This document shows positions 25,255 through 35,965 of a DNA stretch of 64,000 nucleotides, in pieces; position 1 is the first letter of the stretch, and each line of letters begins with the position of its first letter. The notes under the pieces were generated by a model, which saw nothing but the letters and a program-made list of their open reading frames with translations, was not told the DNA's origin and did no database searches. A program made the position numbers and the translations under genes. Location of the stretch: the NCBI GenBank assembly GCA_944321565.1, contig CALULT010000010.1, positions 16 through 64,015 on the forward strand, read 5' to 3'. This DNA comes from an uncultured Paraprevotella sp. (lineage in GTDB: Bacteria; Bacteroidota; Bacteroidia; Bacteroidales; Bacteroidaceae).

Positions 25255-27165
25255 ATGAAAACAGACAAGACGCTCGCACTCGTCCTGCTGGCCGGAGGGC
25301 TACTCCCTACCCCTGCAAGATCTGCCGACACAGACTCAACCGCAACCGGAAACACACGCCCCTTGCACGAAGTAGTGGTGACCGGCACACGCGACGAAGC
25401 CGACATCCGCCGCACCCCCTCCACCGTGTCCGTCATCGGACGCAAACAAATAGAACAATCCCACAATCCCTCCCTGCTGCCCGTGCTGACGGAACAAGTG
25501 CCGGGACTCTTCGTCACCTCGCGCGGCATCATGGGCTACGGCGTGTCCGGCGGGGCTGCCGGCGGCATCAGCCTGCGGGGACTGTCCGGAGGTAGCGGAC
25601 GGGTAATGGTACTCATCGACGGCCACCCGCAATACATGGGACTCATGGGGCATCCCATCTCGGATGCCTACCAGTCGCCGTTGGCCGAACGCGTGGAAGT
25701 GTTGCGCGGGCCGGCTTCCGTGCTCTATGGTTCGAACGCCATGGGCGGTGTCATCAACATCATCACGCGGAAAATGCAGGCGGAGGGTGTGCGGACGGAT
25801 GTGGACTTGGGCTACGGTTCCTATAACACGCTCCAGGCAGAAGCCACCAACCGGGTGCGCCAAGGCCGGTTCACCAGCATCGCCAGCGCATCTTATAACC
25901 GCACAGACGGACACCGGCCCGACATGGGCTTCGAACAATTCGGGGGATACGTCAAACTGGGCTATGCACTGTCCAAGGCGTGGGACATCCGGGCAGACGT
26001 GGACATCACCCACTTCAACGCCTCACAACCGGGAGAAACGTCCGCACCCTTGCTTGATGTCGACCAGCGCATCACGCGCGGCATGGCTTCCATGGCCGTC
26101 GAAAACCACTACGGACGGACATCCGGCGCGTTGAGCCTCTTCTACAACTGGGGGCGGCACAACATCAATGACGGATACACGCCCGGGGACAGCCCGCTGG
26201 ACTACCGTTTCCATTCGCGCGACGAGATGATGGGGGTCTCATGGTACCAGAACGCGAGGCTTTTCCGCGGCAACCAGCTGACCGTGGGCGCGGACTGGTT
26301 CCGCATGGGCGGAGAGGCATGGAACCAATATGTCGCAGGGGAACGGAACGGCAAACGGCAGGACATCGTGGACCGGACACGGAACGAAGTGGCGGGCTAC
26401 ATCGACTTCCGGCAGGACATCGCCCCGTGGCTGGCCTTGAATGCCGGGCTGCGGATTGATTACCACGAAGAAGCCGGCACGGAATGGATTCCACAAGCGG
26501 GACTGGCTTTCGTGCTGCCCCGCGACGCGGACATCAAACTGACGGCTAGCCGCGGGTTCCGCCATCCACTCATCCGTGAAATGTTCATGTGGGGCGCCGC
26601 CAACCCCGACCTTGAGGCGGAATGCCTGTGGAACTACGAAGCGGCATTCTCCCAAAACCTGCTGGAAGGCCGCCTGACCTACGGAGCCAACATCTTCTAC
26701 ATCCGCGGCGACAACATGATTGCCACGGCATCGGTCGGCGGACGCATGCAGAACGTCAACACTGGAAAAATAGAAAACGCGGGCACGGAACTGCAAGCCG
26801 CCTACCGCATCTCGCGCCGGTGGAGCGTGGATGCCAACTACAGCTACCTGCACATGGCGCATCCCGTCGTCTCGGCACCGGAACACAAGCTCTATGCAGG
26901 CGCGGCCTTCACGCAAGGAAGATGGAATCTGACCACAGGAGTGCAATACGTCCAAGGGCTTTACACGCAAGTAAAGACCAACGGACAAGGAGACGAGACG
27001 CAGGAAAACTTCGTGCTATGGAACTTGCGCGGCTCGTTCCGCGCCACGAAGTTCCTCGACATTTGGGTGCGGGGCGAAAACCTGCTGACCCAGCGGTATG
27101 AGACCATGGCCGGCTATCCCATGCCGAAAGCCACTTTCATGGGCGGAGTGCGCTTCCAGTTCTGA
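25255..27165 (+). CDS. TonB-dependent receptor (small, 636 aa, no SusD partner)
   Basis: Signal peptide. Plug region LHEVVVTGTRDEADIRRTPSTVSVI. C-terminal ...GGVRFQF with a terminal Phe. Confidence 0.85.
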   Translation: MKTDKTLALVLLAGGLLPTPARSADTDSTATGNTRPLHEVVVTGTRDEADIRRTPSTVSVIGRKQIEQSHNPSLLPVLTEQVPGLFVTSRGIMGYGVSGGAAGGISLRGLSGGSGRVMVLIDGHPQYMGLMGHPISDAYQSPLAERVEVLRGPASVLYGSNAMGGVINIITRKMQAEGVRTDVDLGYGSYNTLQAEATNRVRQGRFTSIASASYNRTDGHRPDMGFEQFGGYVKLGYALSKAWDIRADVDITHFNASQPGETSAPLLDVDQRITRGMASMAVENHYGRTSGALSLFYNWGRHNINDGYTPGDSPLDYRFHSRDEMMGVSWYQNARLFRGNQLTVGADWFRMGGEAWNQYVAGERNGKRQDIVDRTRNEVAGYIDFRQDIAPWLALNAGLRIDYHEEAGTEWIPQAGLAFVLPRDADIKLTASRGFRHPLIREMFMWGAANPDLEAECLWNYEAAFSQNLLEGRLTYGANIFYIRGDNMIATASVGGRMQNVNTGKIENAGTELQAAYRISRRWSVDANYSYLHMAHPVVSAPEHKLYAGAAFTQGRWNLTTGVQYVQGLYTQVKTNGQGDETQENFVLWNLRGSFRATKFLDIWVRGENLLTQRYETMAGYPMPKATFMGGVRFQF

Positions 27166-27195
27166 AGAAGCTCCCTACCGTTCAAAAAAGATACA

Positions 27196-27229
27196 GCCGC
27201 AACATCCATTCAGCATCAGATGTTGCGGC
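27196..27229. terminator. Bidirectional hairpin terminator
   Basis: GCCGCAACATC ... GATGTTGCGGC, between the convergent genes ending at 27165 and 27256. Confidence 0.65.
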
Positions 27230-27255
27230 CATTATTTTATTACGGTGCTCTACTT

Positions 27256-29790
27256 CTAGAAACGACAGCGGGTTTCTTTGCCCTCATAACGGACGGTCTT
27301 CTCTTCCGTCTGCCGCTTCTCATAATTCCATAACACCACGCGGAACGTACGGTTTTCCTCCATCCCGGCAAACTCTCCTTCACGTCCGCCCAACGTCAGT
27401 GTCTTCTTCCGGTCATCCCACGACAAAGGAATAGTCGTGTATCGCCCTTGTTCGTAATCATAATTGTCGCCTTCGTCCTCATAAAGCGTAAAGACGGCAT
27501 CACGTCCGGGATAAACCACAATCCGAAGTTCCTTCCCCGCCTGTTCAGCCGTATGTTGCACCATTGGCCCCATCGGCACTATGGAACCTTGGCGCACAAA
27601 CAACGGCAAACGGTCAATCGGCGCATCCGCCTCAATTTTCCGCCCGCCTCCGTAAGCTGTTCCCGTCCAAAAATCCACCCAGTCCGCTCCTTTGGGCAAA
27701 TACACCTCACGGGTTTTGTCCGTCCCGTGGAGTTCCACCGACCCTTTGTCGTAATACATCGGACGCGTAACGGGACAAACCAAGAATGCCGGCCCCCACA
27801 TGAATTCGTCTTTCACGTCATGGACAGCCGCATCCTCAGGAAAATCAAAGGCCAACAAACGAGCCATCGTGTAATCCTCTAAATAGACGCGCCCGGCCAA
27901 TGAATAATTATATGGCAACATTTCGTAACGCAAGCGAATCATCTTCAGAATGCTCTCGTAGAACGGCTCACCGGGATTGCCGAAACGCCAAATCTCACGC
28001 GGAGTATCGGTGCCATGGCTACGGCACAAAGGCAGGAACGTGCCGAACTGGAACATGCGCGTGTAATATTCCCGATAGCCAAGGTCATCTACCCCCTTGT
28101 CGAAATCCCCGGCACGGAACCACTCACGCCCTTTGCGCACGAAAAAAGAACCGATGTCCACCGTCCAATAAGGACAACCCGTAGCCATGAAGTTCAACCC
28201 CTGGGGAATCTGTTGCGCGAACGACTTCCACGAAGCATGGGTGTCGCCGTTCCACGTAATCGTGGCATAACGCTGTTGTCCCGCATAACTCGAACGGGTC
28301 AGGTTGACCACCCGTTTGCGATCCGTCGTGGCACGTTGATGCTCATAAAGCCCCTTGGAATGGTAGAGGGAATACACGCTGGCACGTTCCGCACCCAACA
28401 CATCACCCAACAAATCCGCATTGCCCTTCCATCTGGCTTCGTGATTATTCCACCCATATCCTTCCGGCATCGGATGCCAGTCGGCATCCAACGGCTCCGT
28501 GCAGTCGCACCACCATGCATCAAATCCATTGCTGAAAAACTCGTCATTGGCATATTTCCAATAAAGCGCCCGCGCCAAAGGATTGAAAGCATCGTACACG
28601 GAACGCTCCAACATGAAACCGCGCCGGGCAAAATCCTGCGTTTGCGGGCAATTTGTCGGATTCGGCCAAATGGAAATCATCAACTTGGCATCCAACGCAT
28701 GCACCGAATCGGCCAATGCGCGCGGGTCGGGATAATATTTCCGATCCATCTTCATGTAGCCCCACTGCCCTCCTGGCCAATAGTTCCAGTCCTGCACAAT
28801 GACATCGAGCGGCACCTGCCGGTTGCGATATTCCTTCACCACGTCCACGATCTCCTGCGAATTGGTATAACGCTCTTTTGATTGGATATAACCAAACATG
28901 TAACGTGGCAACAAAGGAGACTCGCCGGTCAGGAAACGGTAACGCTCCACGACTTTGTCCATCGTGGCTCCCTTCATGAAGTAATAATCAATCTCGTTTG
29001 CCGCCTCCAATTCCATAAAACTCCCCTCCGCATCGTCGGCATACACCATGGCACAACCGGCATCGAACAAAAGGCCATACCCCGCCGTGGAATTAAGCAC
29101 CGGCACCATCTCTTTCAGGTTATGCTGGCAAAGATACATCCGTTTCCCGCGCAGGTTCATGAAATCTTCCAAATGGCATCCCAGCCCATAGAGAGCCTCG
29201 CCCTCCTGCCAACGGAAATGGTTGCGGTATTTCCACGTGCTTCCCACCGTGTCGCGGCGCAACACGTCCATCACCTCTTTCTCCCCATCGGCAGTCTTCT
29301 CAATGCGCTTACTTTTTTGGTCGTATGTTACCTTTTCGGTATAGATATGCTCGGCTTCACGCGGACGTTCCACGTCTTCCTCCAAAAGAAGTTTCCCTGT
29401 CCGCACATCCTTGAAACCGACAGCACAAGTGCGCAAATCCAACCGCACCTCCAAACTGTCCGACCTCAAGATTAATCCATCCTGCTCCCGCGCAGTCCGG
29501 AACGCGACCTTCTCTTCCCGCCGAGGCACACAAACAATCGTCCCGTTACCCAAGAAATCGGGTTCCTGCGTATAACGGACACGCACAATGTCAGGAGTTA
29601 CGAACTCTACGCGAAGCAAGCCCGCATCCGTCCGCACATGCACCCCGGAAGGAATAGTGACATATCCATTTCCCGCCCCCCCGGCAGCATACCCTCGCAA
29701 GACACACACACTCATCAAAACGACCACGAAAGCCGTCCAAAAAGTCCGAGGCACCATCCCCGGACACGTTTTCACCCTTTTTGTTTCCAT
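27256..29790 (-). CDS. Glycoside hydrolase family 31 (alpha-glucosidase/alpha-xylosidase type), secreted
   Basis: KLMISIWPNP and GFDAWWCDCTEP are GH31-like. Hydrophobic signal sequence near the N-terminus. Confidence 0.8.
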   Translation of the reverse strand: METKRVKTCPGMVPRTFWTAFVVVLMSVCVLRGYAAGGAGNGYVTIPSGVHVRTDAGLLRVEFVTPDIVRVRYTQEPDFLGNGTIVCVPRREEKVAFRTAREQDGLILRSDSLEVRLDLRTCAVGFKDVRTGKLLLEEDVERPREAEHIYTEKVTYDQKSKRIEKTADGEKEVMDVLRRDTVGSTWKYRNHFRWQEGEALYGLGCHLEDFMNLRGKRMYLCQHNLKEMVPVLNSTAGYGLLFDAGCAMVYADDAEGSFMELEAANEIDYYFMKGATMDKVVERYRFLTGESPLLPRYMFGYIQSKERYTNSQEIVDVVKEYRNRQVPLDVIVQDWNYWPGGQWGYMKMDRKYYPDPRALADSVHALDAKLMISIWPNPTNCPQTQDFARRGFMLERSVYDAFNPLARALYWKYANDEFFSNGFDAWWCDCTEPLDADWHPMPEGYGWNNHEARWKGNADLLGDVLGAERASVYSLYHSKGLYEHQRATTDRKRVVNLTRSSYAGQQRYATITWNGDTHASWKSFAQQIPQGLNFMATGCPYWTVDIGSFFVRKGREWFRAGDFDKGVDDLGYREYYTRMFQFGTFLPLCRSHGTDTPREIWRFGNPGEPFYESILKMIRLRYEMLPYNYSLAGRVYLEDYTMARLLAFDFPEDAAVHDVKDEFMWGPAFLVCPVTRPMYYDKGSVELHGTDKTREVYLPKGADWVDFWTGTAYGGGRKIEADAPIDRLPLFVRQGSIVPMGPMVQHTAEQAGKELRIVVYPGRDAVFTLYEDEGDNYDYEQGRYTTIPLSWDDRKKTLTLGGREGEFAGMEENRTFRVVLWNYEKRQTEEKTVRYEGKETRCRF

Positions 29791-29809
29791 AGTTTATCCA
29801 TTCTGCGTA

Positions 29810-29817
29810 CAAAGATA
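29810..29817 (-). promoter_or_regulatory. Bacteroides-type -7 box (TATCTTTG on the minus strand)
   Basis: Exact match, about 20 nt upstream of the ATG at 29790. Confidence 0.45.
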
Positions 29818-30043
29818 AGGCATTCCCGACAACCCCAATAGCACTATCCCGCCATTTTTTGGTACTAGATCGGCCATTCATCCATATTTGCATGGCAATT
29901 ATAGTAAAAAGCGAGAGGAAAAACTTCAATATTAATCGGTCATTATGGCAAATTCCTAAGCTGGCTCACAACCACAAAATGTTCCGAACCACCAAGCTAA
30001 TTACAATTCTACAATTAGAACAGCCGCACAATCAACCAACCAC

Positions 30044-30799
30044 TCAAATCAAACTCTTATATAAGGCCCTGCAGGCATAGTTTGCGTAATAATAAAAGGA
30101 TTTCCACAACCCCAGTTTCTCTACGTTCCTATATATATTCCACTGCCAAAAAAGAAGTACAAACTTCTTGGAAGACACGGACGACTTGCGCACCCGATAC
30201 AATGCCGTCACCGTGTTTGTATTCCTTGCCACACCCCCTTTCTTCAAAATTGACAGCCACATAGCATAATCTTCATGATGAATGAGCCTAAACATCATTT
30301 TCCCGACCTTGGCCACGTCATAAATCCCTGTCAAATTCCCGATTACATTCCCCTTCAGCAAATCACCATACGAAGATGAAGCCGGTGCCTTGACAATGCG
30401 GTTTGAACGGGTCCCATTTTCCGGAATCTTTTCATAATCCGAATAAACAATAACAGTATCCGCATTGGAAAACAGAGCAACTTGTTGCTGCAACTTGTCC
30501 GGCAGCCAGGTATCATCGCTATCCAAAAACGCGATGTATCTTCCCCGCGCTTCCTGAATGCCTTTATTCCGAGGCACGGCCGGCATGCCCGAAGACTTTT
30601 GAAAACGGAACAAACGAATACGCCCGTCACGACCGGCATAGCGTTCCGCTATCATGGCAGACCCATCCGTGGAACCGTCATCCACAATAATCAATTCCCA
30701 ATACGGATAAGTCTGTGCTTGGACTGAAAGTATCGCCTCTTCAATAAAGCATTCAGAGTTATACACCGGCATTATGACAGATACCATATTGTTCACCAT
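30044..30799 (-). CDS. Glycosyltransferase family 2
   Basis: VSVIMPVYNSECFIEEAILSVQAQTY...LIIVDDGSTDGS. Confidence 0.85.
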   Translation of the reverse strand: MVNNMVSVIMPVYNSECFIEEAILSVQAQTYPYWELIIVDDGSTDGSAMIAERYAGRDGRIRLFRFQKSSGMPAVPRNKGIQEARGRYIAFLDSDDTWLPDKLQQQVALFSNADTVIVYSDYEKIPENGTRSNRIVKAPASSSYGDLLKGNVIGNLTGIYDVAKVGKMMFRLIHHEDYAMWLSILKKGGVARNTNTVTALYRVRKSSVSSKKFVLLFWQWNIYRNVEKLGLWKSFYYYANYACRALYKSLI

Positions 30800-30805
30800 A
30801 CCCCC

Positions 30806-32266
30806 CTACTTTGCAAACAAATAATGTTTCAACTTTCCAAAAGCCTTGATGGAACGCTTCAGGTCTGAAGGATGGGACAGGCCTACGCATAATCGATGGA
30901 ATATATATTGGGGACGCAAATAATATTTGCGCCTGGCCATATTACAGAATGCCACCATCTCCCCGGCCGAAAGACCGGGTAACGACAAGACAGTGTTATG
31001 TGTCCCGTCGGGCAAACAATATTTGGAATAATCCGATTCAATGAAACCATTCTGCCTGGCCCAATCATACGCTTCGGTGCCCGGATAAGGAATCAATGGG
31101 AAAAATTGCGCCGTGTCGGTATTCAGTTTCAATGCCAACTTCAAAGTCTCGGCCATTGTTTCCTTAGTCTCTCCTTTATTCCCCACCATGTAACAAGCAT
31201 GCACCAACAGGCCTGCCTTTTTGGCATTCGCCACATATTCGTAGAACTGTCCTACCCGCGTCCCCTTCTTGATATTGTCCAGGATTTGCTGGTTCCCAGA
31301 TTCTATACCGGGGATAATCAAACGACATCCGGCTTTCTTCATGGCGCACATCGTCTCAAAATCCAAATTCACACGTGCGTTGCACAACCACCTCAAACGA
31401 TGCTGCATCCCTCTTTCCACCAACAAACGGCATATTTCCAAGACTCTTTTCTTGTTCACCGTAAACGTGTCGTCTTCTATCACCACCTCGTGCACATCCG
31501 GAAAGTTCGCCGCGATATATTCAAATTCCTGCACGACATTCTCCGCCGACCGTGCACGAAACACATGGCCATGCATCGTTTGAGGATAAACACAAAAATT
31601 ACAATGGAAAGGACAACCTCTCCCCGTAAAAATCTGAATAGAAGGATAAGTGGCAGCCGCAAAAAAATAGTCACGTTCATTCAGGAATTCCTTGATAAAT
31701 GCCGAAGCAAAAGGAATCCCATCCAGGTCTTTCACCATCGGCATGACGCCCGTGTGGAGGAAACCATCTCCCCGACGCAAACACAATCCTCTTACTTGGG
31801 TTATGTCCGACTTCCGCCCTATCGCATCCGCCAATTCACGTATAGTCTCATCATATTCGCCTATAGCCACCGCATCCACCGAGGAAGAATACCCCAATGT
31901 CTCCTCTGCACAAGCAGAAGGATGTGTCCCCACAAGCACAATATAGGCATGCGGATACACAGCCCTTATCTTATCGGCAAAAGCCACATCACTCTTGATG
32001 GAAGGAGTGCTCGTATCCAAAACAAACAAAGTATAATCGTCTGCAGAAGAGGTTATCACAGACATCGCCTCGTCTTCATTAAGCGGCTTTGCCGGCGCAT
32101 CCAAAAAATGCACCTCATGGCCGCCCTTTTGACAATAAGCCGCCGCATATATCAACCAAAGAGGATAATATAGGGCACCGCTCTTCGTAATGGCCGGACT
32201 CCTGGACTCTCTGGAGAACTTTCCGTATTCAGCTTTGAAAGGCGGATTTATAAAATATATTTTCAT
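30806..32266 (-). CDS. B12-binding-domain radical SAM protein (class B)
   Basis: MKIYFINPPF... N-terminal B12-binding-like domain. CPFHCNFCVYP (CxxxCxxC). The track start at 32287 is GTG; the ATG at 32266 is preferred. Confidence 0.8.
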   Translation of the reverse strand: MKIYFINPPFKAEYGKFSRESRSPAITKSGALYYPLWLIYAAAYCQKGGHEVHFLDAPAKPLNEDEAMSVITSSADDYTLFVLDTSTPSIKSDVAFADKIRAVYPHAYIVLVGTHPSACAEETLGYSSSVDAVAIGEYDETIRELADAIGRKSDITQVRGLCLRRGDGFLHTGVMPMVKDLDGIPFASAFIKEFLNERDYFFAAATYPSIQIFTGRGCPFHCNFCVYPQTMHGHVFRARSAENVVQEFEYIAANFPDVHEVVIEDDTFTVNKKRVLEICRLLVERGMQHRLRWLCNARVNLDFETMCAMKKAGCRLIIPGIESGNQQILDNIKKGTRVGQFYEYVANAKKAGLLVHACYMVGNKGETKETMAETLKLALKLNTDTAQFFPLIPYPGTEAYDWARQNGFIESDYSKYCLPDGTHNTVLSLPGLSAGEMVAFCNMARRKYYLRPQYIFHRLCVGLSHPSDLKRSIKAFGKLKHYLFAK

Positions 32267-32286
32267 AATCTTCGCAGTAAAATTCA

Positions 32287-33075
32287 CTATTTAGGCTTCG
32301 CATAATGCATCCGCTTCAGCGTATCTATGCCAAAGATACGAATTATTACTCTTTTTACACAGTCAAAAGCAAAAAAATAGAGATAACAGAACTTGGCAAG
32401 ACACTTATTTCCCCCGTTGTTCAACACGATATGCTCTATATCATACTTCTTTGCCTTAATCGGAGCTACCGACACTCCGCCCAACCTGAACTCAGCCACA
32501 TCTGCCGGGACATACTTGAAACGTGCCCCCCCCTGATAGGCCCGTGCCAAGAAATCGTGATCCATCATATAACGGAAATTCAAATCATACAACCCAAAAC
32601 GGCGATAAGCATCAGCCGTCACGAAAGTCCCTTGATGGTCCACGTTCACAAAAAAAGGCATCAATGGAAATTTCATGGAAGGTATGTCGCGTCCCGTAAA
32701 ACCAGTATCCTTATTCCGGATGATTACATTTCCCCTATAAATATCCACGCCAGGTTCATAGCTTGCAGCCACAGCTTCCAAAGCACCCGGCAACAATACA
32801 TCGTCGCTGTTGATAATTACTATCAACTGGCCTTTTGCATACAGAATCCCTTTGTTGAAAGCATCGCTTATCCCCTTGTCCGGTTCCGAACAAAAATAGC
32901 CTAGCCGATTACGGTATCGCCCTACTATATCTAACGTACCATCCGTGGATCCTCCATCTATGATTACGTAATCCAATGCCGGATACCCTTGTCCCAAAAC
33001 ACTTTGGATGGTTTCTTCAATCGTATCCGCACTGTTATAACATATTGTCACTACAGAAATCAATGGTGTATTCAT
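32287..33075 (-). CDS. Glycosyltransferase family 2
   Basis: MNTPLISVVTICYNSADTIEETIQSV...VIIDGGSTDGT. The track start at 33087 is TTG; the ATG at 33075 is preferred. Confidence 0.85.
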   Translation of the reverse strand: MNTPLISVVTICYNSADTIEETIQSVLGQGYPALDYVIIDGGSTDGTLDIVGRYRNRLGYFCSEPDKGISDAFNKGILYAKGQLIVIINSDDVLLPGALEAVAASYEPGVDIYRGNVIIRNKDTGFTGRDIPSMKFPLMPFFVNVDHQGTFVTADAYRRFGLYDLNFRYMMDHDFLARAYQGGARFKYVPADVAEFRLGGVSVAPIKAKKYDIEHIVLNNGGNKCLAKFCYLYFFAFDCVKRVIIRIFGIDTLKRMHYAKPK

Positions 33076-33083
33076 GCCACAAA

Positions 33084-33986
33084 TCAAAATAAATTAAACA
33101 GCACGGCAAACCGCCATGCCGCAGACACAAAACGATTCGCACATTTCAACTCTTTGCGCCTCAGTACATTCCATTTATATGTCCAACGGGAATAATTCGC
33201 CACTTCGTATGTCAATCTGCGGTTCTCGGCAGACATCGAATCCGCATATCCCTTCCACAACTCGCCTGCAATGCGCGAACGGATATTTTCTCTTTTCCAC
33301 AGTCGCCCTATCCGCTCTTTCCAATGCTGGGCCGCCGAATGGCTTTGTCCCACCGCATTCAAAGCATGCTGACGATATAATATGCGAGGTTCCGAATCAA
33401 AACGCACCACGGCGTCCAAAGCCAAAGCCACGTCATAGACCCACACGTCATGCATCCGCATATAGCTCGGTTTATATTCCAGCAGTCTCTTCCTGAGTGC
33501 GTTATTGAGCACCATTGTGTTCCCTCCCACAAACTGATAAATCAAAGCCTCGCCATAAGTGACTAATGGATGAATTTCCACATTCTTCAGCGGTGACAAC
33601 TTCTCATCCACCAACTGAGTCTGTCCGAAATACAAGGCAGGCTTGTCGCCACAGTCCTCCATCATTGCCAACGCTGCAGCCAATTTGTCATCCATCCAGA
33701 CATCATCCTGGTCGGCAAACGCATACCATTCCGCACATGGTGCCTTTTCCAACAAGTCCCAAAAAGCCCATGCCGGGCCGACATTTTCCCCGGCATACCA
33801 CTTCAACCGGCCTTCGTCCTGCTCCGCACCCAACAAGCCACATGTCCCATCCGTAGAACCATCATCACGCACCAACAACGAACACGCCACGCCTTTTTGC
33901 CCATATATGGAACGCAACTGTTCCCCGATATACTTCCTTCCATTGTATGTGGACATCAACACTATGACCTCTTTCTTATCATCCAT
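33084..33986 (-). CDS. Glycosyltransferase family 2 (rhamnosyltransferase-like)
   Basis: VIVLMSTYNGRKYIGEQLRSIYGQ...LLVRDDGSTDGT. The track start at 33992 is TTG; the ATG at 33986 is preferred. Confidence 0.8.
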   Translation of the reverse strand: MDDKKEVIVLMSTYNGRKYIGEQLRSIYGQKGVACSLLVRDDGSTDGTCGLLGAEQDEGRLKWYAGENVGPAWAFWDLLEKAPCAEWYAFADQDDVWMDDKLAAALAMMEDCGDKPALYFGQTQLVDEKLSPLKNVEIHPLVTYGEALIYQFVGGNTMVLNNALRKRLLEYKPSYMRMHDVWVYDVALALDAVVRFDSEPRILYRQHALNAVGQSHSAAQHWKERIGRLWKRENIRSRIAGELWKGYADSMSAENRRLTYEVANYSRWTYKWNVLRRKELKCANRFVSAAWRFAVLFNLF

Positions 33987-34198
33987 ATTCAACTCACCCT
34001 AATTAAAGAAACGCCGCGCCCCACCTTTTATTATGTATGTCCTGCGACAAATCGCCCACCAGTATCCCGTCCCAATAGATGTCACGCCGCCTGCCTCATA
34101 TTGCTTTTCCAAAGAAGATATACTGACTTGGCAAAGTAAGATATGCTTCAATGGCCAAAGGAGATATACTTTTCGTGTCGACATTGCCCCCAACTCCT

Positions 34199-35935
34199 TT
34201 AGCGAAGCATTTTCTTCACCATATCCACCCCTTTAGGGCCGACGATCCGCTCCACTTGCTCTTTCAAGAAGAATCTCAAATCACCCGCCATTCCCGTACT
34301 GGTGATTAAACGCAAAGCTTCATTTTCGTCTTCATCACGGGTAAAGACCTCGAAAACACATGATTTTTTGAGTTCCGGGGCAACAAACTTGTCCACCTGC
34401 GCCAAGAATTCCTCCTTGGACGTGGCCGAAAAATAATCCATCCCCAAATTCCTGGCATAATCGCGAACCAACGTCCGGGACTGGTTCCCAAAATGACCTG
34501 CAGCTGCGATATATGGATCCACACGCTCCTTGAAGATATGTCCTGGATTCAAATAATGGGTAAACTCGCATCCTTTCCCATTGTTTACCAACAGAATCCG
34601 CACATTATTCCCCCAATGCCTATTACCCAATGCATTCATGTCATAAAAAAATGCCAAGTCGCCTAACACGCCGAAAAAGAGCTTGCCAGGATTTACCAAG
34701 GAAGCTCCCAACAACGAAGATAGCGTCCCGTCCGTTCCGAACCCTCCAACATTACATGCCGAATTGACAGAAGCCGGTATTTCAAAAAAATCCCAAGACC
34801 TCAATGAGGTCAAAATGCCAAAATGAATGGCACTGCCCCCAGGAAGCCTGCCTGTCAATTGCCTGGCCATCCAAATATTGGAGAACGGCAGTTCCGGGAT
34901 GTTAGAGCAACATGCGTCATACTCCGCCCTGCAAGCGTCCCTGAAAGATGTCCCTTCATTTACGTCCTTTTCAGAATAGGCTTCGAAAAAATGCCGTTCA
35001 TTCATCGCAAACAAATGAGTAAGCTTGCCATACCTGTCTCTCATCTGTCCGTCTTCGCTGACACGCCACACTTCCTTTGCCCGATTTCCCATATTGAAAT
35101 GGTCGCCGGATATTTCCCCCAAATGGATCAACAAACGGATGCCGTGCAAACACGTGGCGTCCTGCACTTGCAGCAAAGCATCTACTTGCCGGAACATTCC
35201 TTTATACCCACTCGTGTGGTCACAAAAACAAACCGCATCATGATTCGCACAAAACGTGTCGATAGCCGTTGTCGTCTCGGCATCAAACGCACGGTGAGCA
35301 CCAATAAATATGGCTATTTTGCCTTGTGGCAAAGAAGGGAACTCACCGCCATAATCAATTCTCCTGACCACCTTTGCCTTTGGCAACTGCCTTACGGAAA
35401 GGTCCTTGCTATATGTCGTTTCCAGATTAATATGAGACGGGCCTCCCCCGTGAAGCGTTAATGCCGAAATGGCCTGGTTAATGCGCAAGGCTGCATTCTC
35501 CTCGTCCCTTTCATCCCTCACGGACGGGATATATGCGCTATAAACCAAAAGGTCTTTGGCATACACGCTGCGGTCTGTCACCTGGTCATACAAGTTTCCC
35601 AACCTCCGCAAATCCTGCGTCCCGGTAACGACCAAAAGAGGCAACTTACGGTAAAAAGCTTCTGTCAGCCCGGGCATATAATTCCGTGCCGCAGTGGCAC
35701 CCGTGCAGGTAAGCACGACTGGCTCTCCACTCTCTTCCGCCATGCCGCAAGCCATATAAGCCGCCGAACGCTCATCAACAGCAGAATACATTTCAAAACC
35801 GCCATCATACATCAATGAAGCATTCAACATCATATTCGTCCCGCCAGGAGATGCAATCACCTTTCTTATCTGATGGTCTTTTAAGAGCCTGATAAGAATT
35901 TGTATCCCCTTTTCACTTGAATAATAAGTATCCAT
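34199..35935 (-). CDS. Thiamine-diphosphate-binding enzyme (acetolactate-synthase-like fold)
   Basis: ThDP motif GVLGDLAFFYDMNALGN...ILLVNNGKG. N-terminal Pyr domain IASPGGTN...TGATAARN. The ATG at 35935 is preferred over the TTG at 35965. Confidence 0.8.
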   Translation of the reverse strand: MDTYYSSEKGIQILIRLLKDHQIRKVIASPGGTNMMLNASLMYDGGFEMYSAVDERSAAYMACGMAEESGEPVVLTCTGATAARNYMPGLTEAFYRKLPLLVVTGTQDLRRLGNLYDQVTDRSVYAKDLLVYSAYIPSVRDERDEENAALRINQAISALTLHGGGPSHINLETTYSKDLSVRQLPKAKVVRRIDYGGEFPSLPQGKIAIFIGAHRAFDAETTTAIDTFCANHDAVCFCDHTSGYKGMFRQVDALLQVQDATCLHGIRLLIHLGEISGDHFNMGNRAKEVWRVSEDGQMRDRYGKLTHLFAMNERHFFEAYSEKDVNEGTSFRDACRAEYDACCSNIPELPFSNIWMARQLTGRLPGGSAIHFGILTSLRSWDFFEIPASVNSACNVGGFGTDGTLSSLLGASLVNPGKLFFGVLGDLAFFYDMNALGNRHWGNNVRILLVNNGKGCEFTHYLNPGHIFKERVDPYIAAAGHFGNQSRTLVRDYARNLGMDYFSATSKEEFLAQVDKFVAPELKKSCVFEVFTRDEDENEALRLITSTGMAGDLRFFLKEQVERIVGPKGVDMVKKMLR

Positions 35936-35965
35936 ATTATTACCACCTATATTAAACCAACCCAA

